Notes under the pieces: generated by a model
Told to the model about the DNA's origin: nothing
What the model saw: only the letters and a program-made list of their open reading frames with translations
The model's database searches: none
From: Candidatus Poribacteria bacterium
GTDB lineage: Bacteria > Poribacteria > WGA-4E > WGA-3G
NCBI GenBank assembly: GCA_965242965.1
Contig: OZ251518.1
Span: 2,752,001 to 2,816,000, forward strand
DNA length: 64,000 bases
Direction of reading: 5' to 3'
Part shown: positions 21,370 through 30,873 of the stretch, in pieces
How positions within the stretch are numbered: position 1 is the stretch's first letter
Layout: every line of letters starts with the position of its first letter
Program-made: the position numbers and the translations under genes

Positions 21370-22695
21370 ATGACGGATTACGTAAAGAAACCTCCTTTGC
21401 AGAGAAAACCTCTATCGAACGCCATGCGAACAACAAAAATGCGAAAACAGATAAACCGCTCCCTACTCATCTCACTGGCTATCCATATCGGCTTGATGCT
21501 AGCGGTATCGCCGTTCCTCGTGAACCATCTCCATGAAACGAAGGGAAGCATTTCCGTTGAGATACTCAAGCCGGAACCCGAGAAACAGCGGCGGCAGCGC
21601 GTGCTGCAGCAACGTCCGCCGGTGACTCCGCAAGTTTCCAAACAGGCAGAAGCATCGCTGTCTGCGCCGGCTGCGTCAACTTACGCGCCACAAGTCATCG
21701 CGCCCAAAGCACCGCAGCACGCGGATGTTGCCCCGGAGATAGTCACGCACGCCGAGATACCGCAGACAGACGCGCCGGCTCTCCCAAATGCGAGTTTTGG
21801 CGATGGGAAGACAGCGGCGGGTCCGGTTGTCATTGAAGGTTCGCAGGGTGCAGGATACGGCGGCCCCGGTGGGCGTGGCACCGGCGGCAGCGGCAGCGGA
21901 AACGGCATCGGCGGACGCTTTATCAAACGCACGCAGGCAGACGAACCGGGGTTAATTGACATTAAAAATACCGGTACGGGGCTCGGCATTTTTGACACTA
22001 CCGTGATGCCGGGACACGGATTAACCGCCGATGTCTACGTGCTTGAAGGGGGTAGTTCAGCCTTCTCTGTTTATGTCAACGATGAACGGGTGCTACATAT
22101 CGGCAACGGGCCCATTGCGGTGATGCCTAACTTTGAACTTTTGACACCCATCTATACGTTTGTAACCGCAAATCTAAATGTGCCGCCGAGAGAGTATACT
22201 GAGGGATTTCCCTCTCCAAAACAGCAGAATATCGTTGAGAATTTCGCTATCCGCTTTCGCGGGCAACTGGCAGTTGACACGCCGGGGGAATGGACGTTCG
22301 CGCTTTATTCGGATGACGGCTCAAAGTTGTTCATTGATGGACAACTCGTTGTCGATAACGACGGTATCCACGCACCGCGGTTTGAAGGAGGTAGCGTGAA
22401 GTTAACAGCAGGTATGCATCCTGTTGAGATTCACTATTTCCAAGGCCCGCGACATATCATCGCGCTGCAATGGTTCTATCTCCCACCAAACGGATTTCCA
22501 GATGGCGAAGCCCGGCACTCCCAAAGCCAACGATTCACAAGCGGCACACAAAATTCCCATCACCATTCGCTCACTACCGCTGGGAGGATTGTGCCGCCGG
22601 AACTTATCTATGCACCCGGCGCGACTCGCGTTCCGGATGCGTTGAAGAAGTTGCAGCAGCGGCTCAGCGAGGTTAAGAAGGAAGAAAAACGGTAA
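21370..22695 (+). CDS. Membrane-anchored PA14-domain protein with TonB-like N-terminus
   Basis: Single TM helix with SLAIH (SxxxH), Pro/Gly-rich linker, PA14 motifs NFAIRFRG, FALYSDDGSKLFIDG, DNDGIH, HPVEIHYFQ. Confidence 0.8.
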   Translation: MTDYVKKPPLQRKPLSNAMRTTKMRKQINRSLLISLAIHIGLMLAVSPFLVNHLHETKGSISVEILKPEPEKQRRQRVLQQRPPVTPQVSKQAEASLSAPAASTYAPQVIAPKAPQHADVAPEIVTHAEIPQTDAPALPNASFGDGKTAAGPVVIEGSQGAGYGGPGGRGTGGSGSGNGIGGRFIKRTQADEPGLIDIKNTGTGLGIFDTTVMPGHGLTADVYVLEGGSSAFSVYVNDERVLHIGNGPIAVMPNFELLTPIYTFVTANLNVPPREYTEGFPSPKQQNIVENFAIRFRGQLAVDTPGEWTFALYSDDGSKLFIDGQLVVDNDGIHAPRFEGGSVKLTAGMHPVEIHYFQGPRHIIALQWFYLPPNGFPDGEARHSQSQRFTSGTQNSHHHSLTTAGRIVPPELIYAPGATRVPDALKKLQQRLSEVKKEEKR

Positions 22696-22819
22696 CCCAT
22701 TTTCACCCGTTCTTTCACCGTAGCGCGAGGGCCTGTCCCTCGCATCGCATACACCGTTCTTTCACCGTAGCGCGAGGGCCTGTCCCTCGCATCGCATCAG
22801 AATGGAAAGGAGATCTCGC

Positions 22820-25264
22820 ATGAAGCCCGCTATAGCCTTTAACAACCTTTATCGGAATCGGTGCCTTGCCTTCATCGCGTTCCTGTTGCTAAGCTGTCAG
22901 CCGACGCACGCGCAATCAGCACTCGGCTACGTCGCGTTCGATTGCCCGAATGCGCCAGCCGCCGAATTCCAATTCGATTTGGATAAACGCGTCATCGCGC
23001 TCGTCACGGAAGACCCGGGTTTTAAAAGCATTCCATTGTTCAAGACGTTGGAGGCTTTACACCTCCGCCACTACCGAAACCGAAACGTGGATTTGCCGGA
23101 GATGCATCGGTATTATCGCGAGGTGCTAACCGCGCTCGGTTGGAACCGGCTCAAGGAGGCCGTTCCGAAAACCGATTCGGAACTACATCTCTATACGCTT
23201 CGGCAAGGCGACAGCGTCTTCGGCATTTTTGTCATCGTCGAAAGTGATGGAGGCGTTTACCTGATTAACATCGTCGGCGAGATGCCGGCGGGACAGGTGC
23301 GCGAACTGTTACGCAACCTCCAACTCCTCGGTATTGAAATCCCTGAACTGATGACGCTAGGACAACTCACTGAGGTGCAGATTGTGCAGCTCCCGAAAGA
23401 ACAGGAGCCAGAAAAAACCGCGCCGAGGAAAGCAGAAACCGGCGAAGAGGAACCGTCATTGACTGAAAGAACCGCGCAGCCTTCTCTCAGCAAAGAAACG
23501 CGAGCCCCCTCGCCGTGGAGCTACCAAGGCAAGCCGATTTATGTTCTTAGTTATGTTGGCACACCAGAGCAGCACGCCACGATGAGCAAGGTGCTTAGTG
23601 AGGGTTCAGGAGACATCGAAAAGGTGCTGCCAGTCATCCGCACGCTCATGCATCCAAAGCCGATATCTCTCCGAGTTGAAGGAGAAGGCACTGAACGCAC
23701 GGCTGTCATTACCGTGGTGGCACCGGCATACAGACTGAAATCGTTGACGATTTCCGAATCCGGGACAGTCCGAGAGCAAGAATCGGTGGATGCACATTTA
23801 GGTGGGAATCAAGGCAGGGAGAGCTCACCTACTGCAACGCGGTTTCGGGATGCAGGCGCGCCTATTCATGAACTGCACATCCGAGGGAATCAGAAAATCG
23901 AGGAAGCACACATTCGGAAGACGCTTAACAATGCCTCACCGGACATTGAAAAGGCATTGGATACGCTGTTTCGCGCGATGCCCTATTTTCATCAGGTGAA
24001 ATTGGATATTAACAAGGAAGGCGCGAGGCGCATCGCGACTATCACCGTTGACGAAAAACGGCTATCTACTGATGCATACCTCGGGCTGAATCCACCGTTC
24101 CGTTCGGGGTTTAACCGCGTTACGGGATGGAGAATCGGCACGGGCTTTGAAGTTGGGAAACGCAAACAGGTAGGACCGCTGTGGATGTGGAGCATCGAAG
24201 AACGGGAGGGCAATCCTACATCAAAACTTTTTGGGAAGGTAGATTATGCGTTTGGCAACCCGCGTCTCCACTACCGAGTCGGTGGAACTGCGAATTGGGG
24301 AAAACCTTACGTCTGGAATCTGGGGCTAACCGCACAAATCCATCGCGATACCGCCGTCATTGCCCCGGAAATTTTTCCGCATAACACCCGCGGTCTTTCC
24401 CAATTTTATCGTGTTTTGGGGGGACTCGATTTTCAGAACTACTATTTGCGGCAAGGCGTTGCGCTCGCCTTCCGATGGACACCGGTGATGCCGACGCACG
24501 CGTTCAAAATCAGCATGGCGGCAGAAACTCACGATAGTCTGCAAAAAAGCACGGATTGGACTGTCGCCAACTGGACATCGGCGCGGGAAACGAGAGGGAA
24601 TCCATTGATAACCGCCGGGGACATGCGGAGCCTCGCGTTCCAATACGATTTTAACACGCGAAACAAAAATCTCGGTTGGCACAATACACTCCTCGTTGAG
24701 CATAGCAACACCGCCTTCGGTTCCGATTTCGATTTCACGCGAGCGCAATTGCATTTCCGCTATGCCTTCCCACTTGGCAGCAACCGCATCCGCACCCGAT
24801 TGTTGTTGGGTTACGCGAACGCGTCGCTGCCACTCCAACGCCAATTCGTCGTCAGCGGAACGGGTGGGTTGCGAGGATATCCGCTGTTCGCCCCTGCAAA
24901 CGAGTCGGAAAGGAGAACCACTTCAAATTGGTATCGGCACTCCCTCTATGCCTTTGCAGGCGATGGCGGCTTTCTGTTCAACCTTGAATATCACTATCGG
25001 TTGTCAAACCTATTCAATCGCGACTTTTTCAACGCTATGTTTGCGGTTTTGTTCCTTGACGAGGGACAGGTGTGGCATGAAACCGATAAAAATTTTCGCT
25101 TTGACCCGGAGGCGAATATCGGTATCGGTTTCCAACTCGGCGAAGAGGATGCCGTTTTCAGATTGAACCTCGCTACACCTTTGCGCGCCAATTCGCCTGC
25201 GAACAAGCGGCTTTCGATGGGCTCCGGGTTTGTCATCACCTCCATCTGGTATCAGGATTTTTGA
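22820..25264 (+). CDS. Omp85/BamA/TamA-like outer-membrane protein with DUF4252-like and POTRA-like domains (paralog 2)
   Basis: Same N-terminal domain as 19499; IHELHIRGNQKIEEAHIRKTL (POTRA-like); FNRVTGW, GTGGLRGY, FLDEGQVW; terminal Phe. Confidence 0.72.
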   Translation: MKPAIAFNNLYRNRCLAFIAFLLLSCQPTHAQSALGYVAFDCPNAPAAEFQFDLDKRVIALVTEDPGFKSIPLFKTLEALHLRHYRNRNVDLPEMHRYYREVLTALGWNRLKEAVPKTDSELHLYTLRQGDSVFGIFVIVESDGGVYLINIVGEMPAGQVRELLRNLQLLGIEIPELMTLGQLTEVQIVQLPKEQEPEKTAPRKAETGEEEPSLTERTAQPSLSKETRAPSPWSYQGKPIYVLSYVGTPEQHATMSKVLSEGSGDIEKVLPVIRTLMHPKPISLRVEGEGTERTAVITVVAPAYRLKSLTISESGTVREQESVDAHLGGNQGRESSPTATRFRDAGAPIHELHIRGNQKIEEAHIRKTLNNASPDIEKALDTLFRAMPYFHQVKLDINKEGARRIATITVDEKRLSTDAYLGLNPPFRSGFNRVTGWRIGTGFEVGKRKQVGPLWMWSIEEREGNPTSKLFGKVDYAFGNPRLHYRVGGTANWGKPYVWNLGLTAQIHRDTAVIAPEIFPHNTRGLSQFYRVLGGLDFQNYYLRQGVALAFRWTPVMPTHAFKISMAAETHDSLQKSTDWTVANWTSARETRGNPLITAGDMRSLAFQYDFNTRNKNLGWHNTLLVEHSNTAFGSDFDFTRAQLHFRYAFPLGSNRIRTRLLLGYANASLPLQRQFVVSGTGGLRGYPLFAPANESERRTTSNWYRHSLYAFAGDGGFLFNLEYHYRLSNLFNRDFFNAMFAVLFLDEGQVWHETDKNFRFDPEANIGIGFQLGEEDAVFRLNLATPLRANSPANKRLSMGSGFVITSIWYQDF

Positions 25265-25266
25265 AC

Positions 25267-26028
25267 ATGCGATTTTTAACAGTCTTTACACGCGAAAAAA
25301 TATGGCACGCCTTCATCGGAGTCGCGCTCCTACTCCTATGCGGAGCTCCCGCGCTGCCCAACGGCGAAAGCGAACGGTATGATTTCACCTTCGTCCGCCT
25401 CAAATACGGAGGGCAACTCACTCGGCGGAGTAGTTGGCGGGTGGATTGGCCCGCGTCCGACAGGAATTTCATCTGGCAACTCCGAAAACAGACGCATATC
25501 GATGCCAATCCGCGCGAAAAGATTCTTGAGGTAGGTTCGGAGGCACTGTTCCTCTATCCGTTCGCGTATATGTTGGAAGTGGGAAGTCTTCGGTTGAGCG
25601 ATGCAGAGGCGGCAAATCTGCGGGAGTATCTTTTGCGAGGCGGGTTCATTTTCATTGACGATTTCCACGGCGAACGCGAATGGCGGCTCTTTTATCGGGA
25701 GCTGAAAAAGATCTTTCCGGAACGTGAACCGGTGGATATTCCGATTTCGCATCCTATCTTCCGCTGCTTCTTCAAAATTGACAAATTGATGCAGATTCCT
25801 GGTCTGCGTTCGCTTTTCAGCGGCCGCACCTACGAACGAATTGATGGGTATCCTGCCTACTGCCGCGGTGTATTTGATGACAAAAACCGGCTCATGATGA
25901 TAATCCACTTCAACAGCGACTTAGGCGATGCCTGGGAGCATGCCGCTGAAGATTTTTATCCGCGCGAGTATTCGGATATGGCGTTGAAAATGGGGATTAA
26001 CGCCGTTGTCTATTCGCTCACGCATTAA
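25267..26028 (+). CDS. DUF4159-family protein (paralog 1)
   Basis: FTFVRLKY, WRVDWP, YPFAYM, LREYLLRGGFIFIDDFHG, HPIF, SDLGDAWE, MGINAVVYSLTH. Confidence 0.85.
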   Translation: MRFLTVFTREKIWHAFIGVALLLLCGAPALPNGESERYDFTFVRLKYGGQLTRRSSWRVDWPASDRNFIWQLRKQTHIDANPREKILEVGSEALFLYPFAYMLEVGSLRLSDAEAANLREYLLRGGFIFIDDFHGEREWRLFYRELKKIFPEREPVDIPISHPIFRCFFKIDKLMQIPGLRSLFSGRTYERIDGYPAYCRGVFDDKNRLMMIIHFNSDLGDAWEHAAEDFYPREYSDMALKMGINAVVYSLTH

Positions 26029-26079
26029 ATCGTTTTTCCACAGTGACATCCGTTGACTGAATATGTTATCATGTTACCT

Positions 26080-26973
26080 GAGAGTGTTTCATATTTCGAT
26101 GCGTTCGGTAGGAGAAACCTCCTGGTCTTGATTTCTTTGCTGTAGGAGAGACCTCCCGGTCTCGATGCTGCCAGACTTGCAAACTACAACGGTAGGCTTA
26201 TTCTCTTGGGCAGGCGTGCCTTCTCTTGATCCGTTCGGGAGCGGGTGCTCCCGAACTACAGATCCGGGGCATGAGCATGATCGCGGGGGACAGGCCCCCG
26301 CGCGACGATAAAAAACGGCCCCTTGCCGCGTAGGGCGAGGGCCTGTCCCTCGCCAAGCACCGGCGGGGGACAGGCCAAGCAGGAGCAGGATTTACAAGAT
26401 TATCACGATTAGCAAGAGAGGAGCAGGAGACTGTAGTTCGGGAGCACCTGCTCCCGAACGGGACATGGCGAGGTGGACCTCTTCCGGGCCCGTAGCGCGG
26501 GGGCCTGTCCCCCGCGATCGCACGATCTGCGAGAAAAACCACCCGCCAGCCAAAGCCGTTTCCTGTTCCGATCGAGGCACGGCGAGGGACAGGCCCTCGC
26601 CCTACGGGCCGCGGCACGTTTTTTCATAGTAGCGATCGTCCGACCCGCGCGAAAAACGCACGCAGACTAACGCTATTTCCCTCCCGACCGAGGCACGGCG
26701 AGGGACAGGCCCTCGCCCTACGGTCAGCGGCAAGTTTTTCTACCGCAATCGCCCGACCCGCGCGAAAAATGCACACCAGCCAAAGCCGTCTCCCGTTCCG
26801 CGCCGGCGGGATGGATTCTGGATCCTAAAAAAATTTAACTAGGAAAGAAAAAAGCAGTGTGATATACTGTTCATGTCAGGAAACTTCATAGGGTGTCTCC
26901 TAAAATGTTTTTGGTTCTTCATGCTAGGATACTCCATCTCCTAACGTTTTTCAACGATTTATGAAACACCTTC
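26080..26973. mobile_element. MITE-like element with REP cargo (copy B)
   Basis: TIRs GAGAGTGTTTCATA / TATGAAACACCTTC flanked by direct repeat ATGTTACCT (26071-26079 and 26974-26982). Confidence 0.78.
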
Positions 26974-27019
26974 ATGTTACCTGGGCTCAATAACATACCA
27001 TGATGGAGGGAAATCTCTG

Positions 27020-28153
27020 ATGATTATTAAACGGCTCATCGCCCAAAATTGGCGGAATTTTCAACACATTGATGTCCAGTTAAGTGAACGGCAGTTCATC
27101 GTCGGGCCGCCTGCATCGGGCAAGTCCAATCTGCTTGACATTTTTCGATGCCTGCGTGAGATTGCAGCAGAAGAAGGCGGCTTCCAGAACGCCATCGCCG
27201 CGCGCGGCGGCACCGCGCAAATCCGATGCTTCACCGCTAAACCCGATGCAGCCATCGCACTTGAACTTCACCTCGCGCCCAACGCAGCAGCACCGGCGAC
27301 ATGGCGATATGCCATCGGCTTCTGTCAAGTGCCTCCGACGCTCACGCATGAACGGGTGTGGCACGGGAATAAACTGCTGCTCGCACGCCCAACTGCAGAA
27401 GACGCAAACACGCCTGAGAGGCTCCACCAAAGTGCTTTGGAACCGAATAACTGCAACGCCGATCTTGACGAACTCACACTTTTTTTACAGTCAATCACCG
27501 AGTTGCAGGGGGCACCAAAACTCTCCGAACCTCCCCATTTGCTTCAGGAGACCGCGGCGAATGGACACCCTTCACGGACGATGCTGAACGGATTGCTTGA
27601 AAGAATCGCCACTGCTGACGAAGAAACTCGCCGGGCACGCCTGAAAACGATTGAAGAGGGACTCACCCTGGCAGTGCCACAGTTTGCGCAATTGGCATTT
27701 ATACGCGATGCTGTCACGGGGCATCCACATTTGCAGGCCCGGTATTCGCATTGGCCCCCACAGGCGGGGTGGCAGCGCGAAGACCTGTTTTCCGATGGCA
27801 CGCTGCGGCTCATCGGATTGTTGTGGGCACTGCTTGAAAGCGAGACGGTGCTCTTGATAGAGGAACCAGAACTTTCGTTGAATCCTGAAATTGTCTCGCA
27901 ATTCGCACCGATGTTCTGGGGAATGCAAGCGCGGAAAGAACAACAGGTTTTGATTAGCACCCAAAGCGATGTGATGCTGGCAGAACCCGGCATTGATAGC
28001 ACGGAGGTGCTCATGCTCACACCAACAGAAACGGGGACAGCGGCGAAATTAGCCGCCGATATTGAGGACGTGCAAGCCCTTCTGAACGCAGGACTTACAG
28101 CGGGCGAAGTCGTGTTTTCAGGATATGCCGAACCACTGAGTTTATTACAATGA
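27020..28153 (+). CDS. AAA_21/ABC-type (SMC/RecF/OLD-like) ATPase
   Basis: NWRNF, Walker A GPPASGKS, signature FSDGTLR, Walker B LLIEEPE; RBS GGAGGG. Confidence 0.85.
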   Translation: MIIKRLIAQNWRNFQHIDVQLSERQFIVGPPASGKSNLLDIFRCLREIAAEEGGFQNAIAARGGTAQIRCFTAKPDAAIALELHLAPNAAAPATWRYAIGFCQVPPTLTHERVWHGNKLLLARPTAEDANTPERLHQSALEPNNCNADLDELTLFLQSITELQGAPKLSEPPHLLQETAANGHPSRTMLNGLLERIATADEETRRARLKTIEEGLTLAVPQFAQLAFIRDAVTGHPHLQARYSHWPPQAGWQREDLFSDGTLRLIGLLWALLESETVLLIEEPELSLNPEIVSQFAPMFWGMQARKEQQVLISTQSDVMLAEPGIDSTEVLMLTPTETGTAAKLAADIEDVQALLNAGLTAGEVVFSGYAEPLSLLQ

Positions 28154-28806
28154 GTTTAAACAGAGTTATCCTGGCAGTTGAGGACAGGTTGAGCGAAGCC
28201 GTTGCGACGAAAATTCTCAATAATTCGGGTTTTGAAATCGTGAGAAAATCGGGGCAGCCAAGAGGTTCTCTCCTGAAAGGAAAATCGCACCTCCAAAAAA
28301 TAGCACCGGAATTCAACCGTTCCGCCGCAGGCCCCAACTATTTCTTTATGTTAACAGATTTAGATTCTCCCCAAGATTGTCCTGCGAACCTGATTCAATC
28401 TTGGGTGAGAAGCCCACTACATCCTAGATTTTTCCTGCGCGTTGCAGTGATGGAAGTAGAATCTTGGGTGATGGCAGACCGGATAGCTATCGCGGCATTC
28501 CTAGAAATACCACTCGCTCAGGTTCCCTCTCGGACAGACGAAATCCTTCATCCCAAGGAATTTCTCGTGTCATTTGCCAGGAAGAGTCCCTCCGCCAAAT
28601 TACGAAAAGAGCTCGTTCCGGGAAGAGGCAGACGCAGCTTAAACATAGGGCCGGGATATAACAGGTGCCTGAGCGATTTTGTCAGCGACGCTTGGGATTT
28701 AGCACGCGCCGCCGCTGTCTCACCAAGCCTGAAAAGAACAGTAGACCGGCTCCACAGCGCACAACCGGCGCAAGCAACACAAAGCAACGTAGACGTTCCC
28801 TCATGA
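28150..28806 (+). CDS. DUF4276-like TOPRIM-fold protein, coupled to the ATPase
   Basis: ATGA overlap; LAVED, LTDLD (DxD), EVESWVMAD, PKE, SPSL. Confidence 0.75.
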   Translation: MSLNRVILAVEDRLSEAVATKILNNSGFEIVRKSGQPRGSLLKGKSHLQKIAPEFNRSAAGPNYFFMLTDLDSPQDCPANLIQSWVRSPLHPRFFLRVAVMEVESWVMADRIAIAAFLEIPLAQVPSRTDEILHPKEFLVSFARKSPSAKLRKELVPGRGRRSLNIGPGYNRCLSDFVSDAWDLARAAAVSPSLKRTVDRLHSAQPAQATQSNVDVPS

Positions 28807-29561
28807 AAACCCTAATGCTTTTGGCGATTTTCTCACTTTTTTGGATTTCTGCCTCGTTCCCAGATGAAATTTATGATGCCGAAACGCCGCGGCCCACAGC
28901 GGAAAACCACAGCTATGACTTCACCTTTGTCCGTCTCAAATATGATGGCGGTTTTTGGCGGCGCAGTGGTTGGCGGGTGGATTGGCCCGCGTCCGACAGG
29001 AATTTTATCTGGCAACTCCGAAAACAGACGCACATCAATGCCAACCCGCGCGAAAAGATTCTTGAGGTAGGTTCGGAGGCACTGTTCCTCTATCCGTTCG
29101 CGTATATGTTGGAAGTGGGAAGTCTTCGGTTGAGCGATGCGGATGCAGCCAACCTACGAGAATATCTCCTACGCGGCGGCTTCCTCTTCATTGACGATTT
29201 TCACGGCACAAACGAGTGGAAAACTTTTTACCAGCAACTGAAGAAAATCTTCCCGAAGCGCGAACCGGAAGACATCCCCATCTCGCATCCGCTTTTCCGA
29301 TGCTTCTTTCGCATTGACGCACTGATGCAGATTCCCTCGCCGAACGCGCTCCGCAGAGGCAGAACACACGAAAGCAATGGATACAACGTTCGTTGCCGCG
29401 GTGTTTTTGACGACAAGAACCGGCTCATGATGATGATTAACTTCAACACAGACATCGGGGACGCGTGGGAACATGCGGCGGAACCCTCCTATCCGCGCAA
29501 ATATTCGGATATGGCGTTGAAAATGGGGATTAACGCCGTTGTCTATTCGCTCACGCATTAG
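28803..29561 (+). CDS. DUF4159-family protein (paralog 2)
   Basis: ATGA overlap with the upstream gene; signal peptide; close paralog of 25267..26028. Confidence 0.85.
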   Translation: MKTLMLLAIFSLFWISASFPDEIYDAETPRPTAENHSYDFTFVRLKYDGGFWRRSGWRVDWPASDRNFIWQLRKQTHINANPREKILEVGSEALFLYPFAYMLEVGSLRLSDADAANLREYLLRGGFLFIDDFHGTNEWKTFYQQLKKIFPKREPEDIPISHPLFRCFFRIDALMQIPSPNALRRGRTHESNGYNVRCRGVFDDKNRLMMMINFNTDIGDAWEHAAEPSYPRKYSDMALKMGINAVVYSLTH

Positions 29562-29613
29562 CACTTTGCGAAATCCTTAAACCTTTTGTGTCAAACGCAG
29601 GTCTAAATAAAAT

Positions 29614-29886
29614 GAGGGGGTTTCATAAATCGCTCAACGTCGCGGGGGACAGGCCCCCGCGCTACAGTAACGGGAGGGTTTCTGAGTCGAAAAACGGCCC
29701 CCTTCCGCGTAGGGCGAGGGCCTGTCCCTCGCTATGCGTTTTGCTGCCAGACCGCATCACCCCTGTAGGTCAGGATCGCCTGATCCTGACCTGTTCGGGA
29801 TCAGGCGATCCCGAACTACAGCAGTGGGCCCGATGCCTTTCGGCATTCGCCCGCCCCCAAGGGGGATAGATTTATGAAACACCTTC
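29614..29886. mobile_element. MITE-like element with REP cargo (copy C)
   Basis: TIRs GAGGGGGTTTCATA / TATGAAACACCTTC; flanking duplication imperfect. Confidence 0.6.
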
Positions 29887-29922
29887 ACATAAATCCTAAC
29901 ACTTAAAACGGAGGAAAGAACA

Positions 29923-30690
29923 ATGCTTACTCGCAAACAGAAGTTAGATTTTTATGAAAACGGCTATATCACCATCCCCGGCGTTGTGCCCAAGTTAATG
30001 GTGGATGCCGCCCGGCAAGCGATTAACCACTCTATCGGGGCTGTCGGGATGGACCAGGGAGATCTGGAACGCTTCCGCGCGCAGTCATATTGCAGCGAGA
30101 TTCGGAACGCGCCACAGCTCGTCGCTCTCTACGCGAAAACGCCTGTCCGTGAAATCGCAGAATCGTTGATGGGCGAAGGGAACGTCAACGTCCCCGGTTC
30201 GGCGCAGATTGCGCTGCGGTTTCCGGGGCCATTGCACACCGATCCGAATGAACCGCGCGGCCATCTTGATGGATTAGGCAGCGGCACGAACGGCATGGAG
30301 AAAGGGGTTTATCGGCGCGGGTTTACTGCACTCGCTGTCGTCTATCTAGCAGATGTGCCTGAGCCGTATAGCGGCAACTTCACCGTGTGGCCGAAATCGC
30401 ACAGCTTCTTCGCCGATTATTTCAAGAAGGAGGGACATGAACTGTTAGCGAACGGAATGCCGCGGACTGAACTTCCGGAAGGACCCAAGCAGATAGTTGG
30501 CAAGGCAGGCGATGTCGTGTTGACGCACCATCAGATAGTCCACACGGCGGCACCGAATGCAGCGGCGGACATCCGATACGCGGCCATCTTCCGACTCCGT
30601 CACGTCGACTGCGAGAAAAACGGCTACGATGGCTATACTGACATCTGGCGCGAATGGCCGGGGATTCAAGAAGTGGTAGCGAGTGCATAG
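29923..30690 (+). CDS. PhyH-family Fe/2OG dioxygenase
   Basis: FYENGY, GHLD, GNFTVWPKSH, AGDVVLTHHQIVHTAAPN..IRYA; RBS GGAGG. Confidence 0.88.
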   Translation: MLTRKQKLDFYENGYITIPGVVPKLMVDAARQAINHSIGAVGMDQGDLERFRAQSYCSEIRNAPQLVALYAKTPVREIAESLMGEGNVNVPGSAQIALRFPGPLHTDPNEPRGHLDGLGSGTNGMEKGVYRRGFTALAVVYLADVPEPYSGNFTVWPKSHSFFADYFKKEGHELLANGMPRTELPEGPKQIVGKAGDVVLTHHQIVHTAAPNAAADIRYAAIFRLRHVDCEKNGYDGYTDIWREWPGIQEVVASA

Positions 30691-30696
30691 CAGACG

Positions 30697-30723
30697 GTAG
30701 GCGCGCTTTCAAAGCGCGCCTAC
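30697..30723. terminator. Perfect hairpin between convergent genes (possible terminator or minimal REP doublet)
   Basis: GTAGGCGCGCTTT-C-AAAGCGCGCCTAC, 6 bp after the stop; no U tract. Confidence 0.4.
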
Positions 30724-30873
30724 AAACAAAACACATCAAGACCAGGAGGTCTCTCCTACCCGAAGAATCAAGACTGGTAGGCGGGACATCCTTGTCCCGA
30801 TACGAAACACCAACAAAACACATCGAGACCAGGAGGTCTCTCCTACCGGGAAGACATTGATATATGAAACCCC

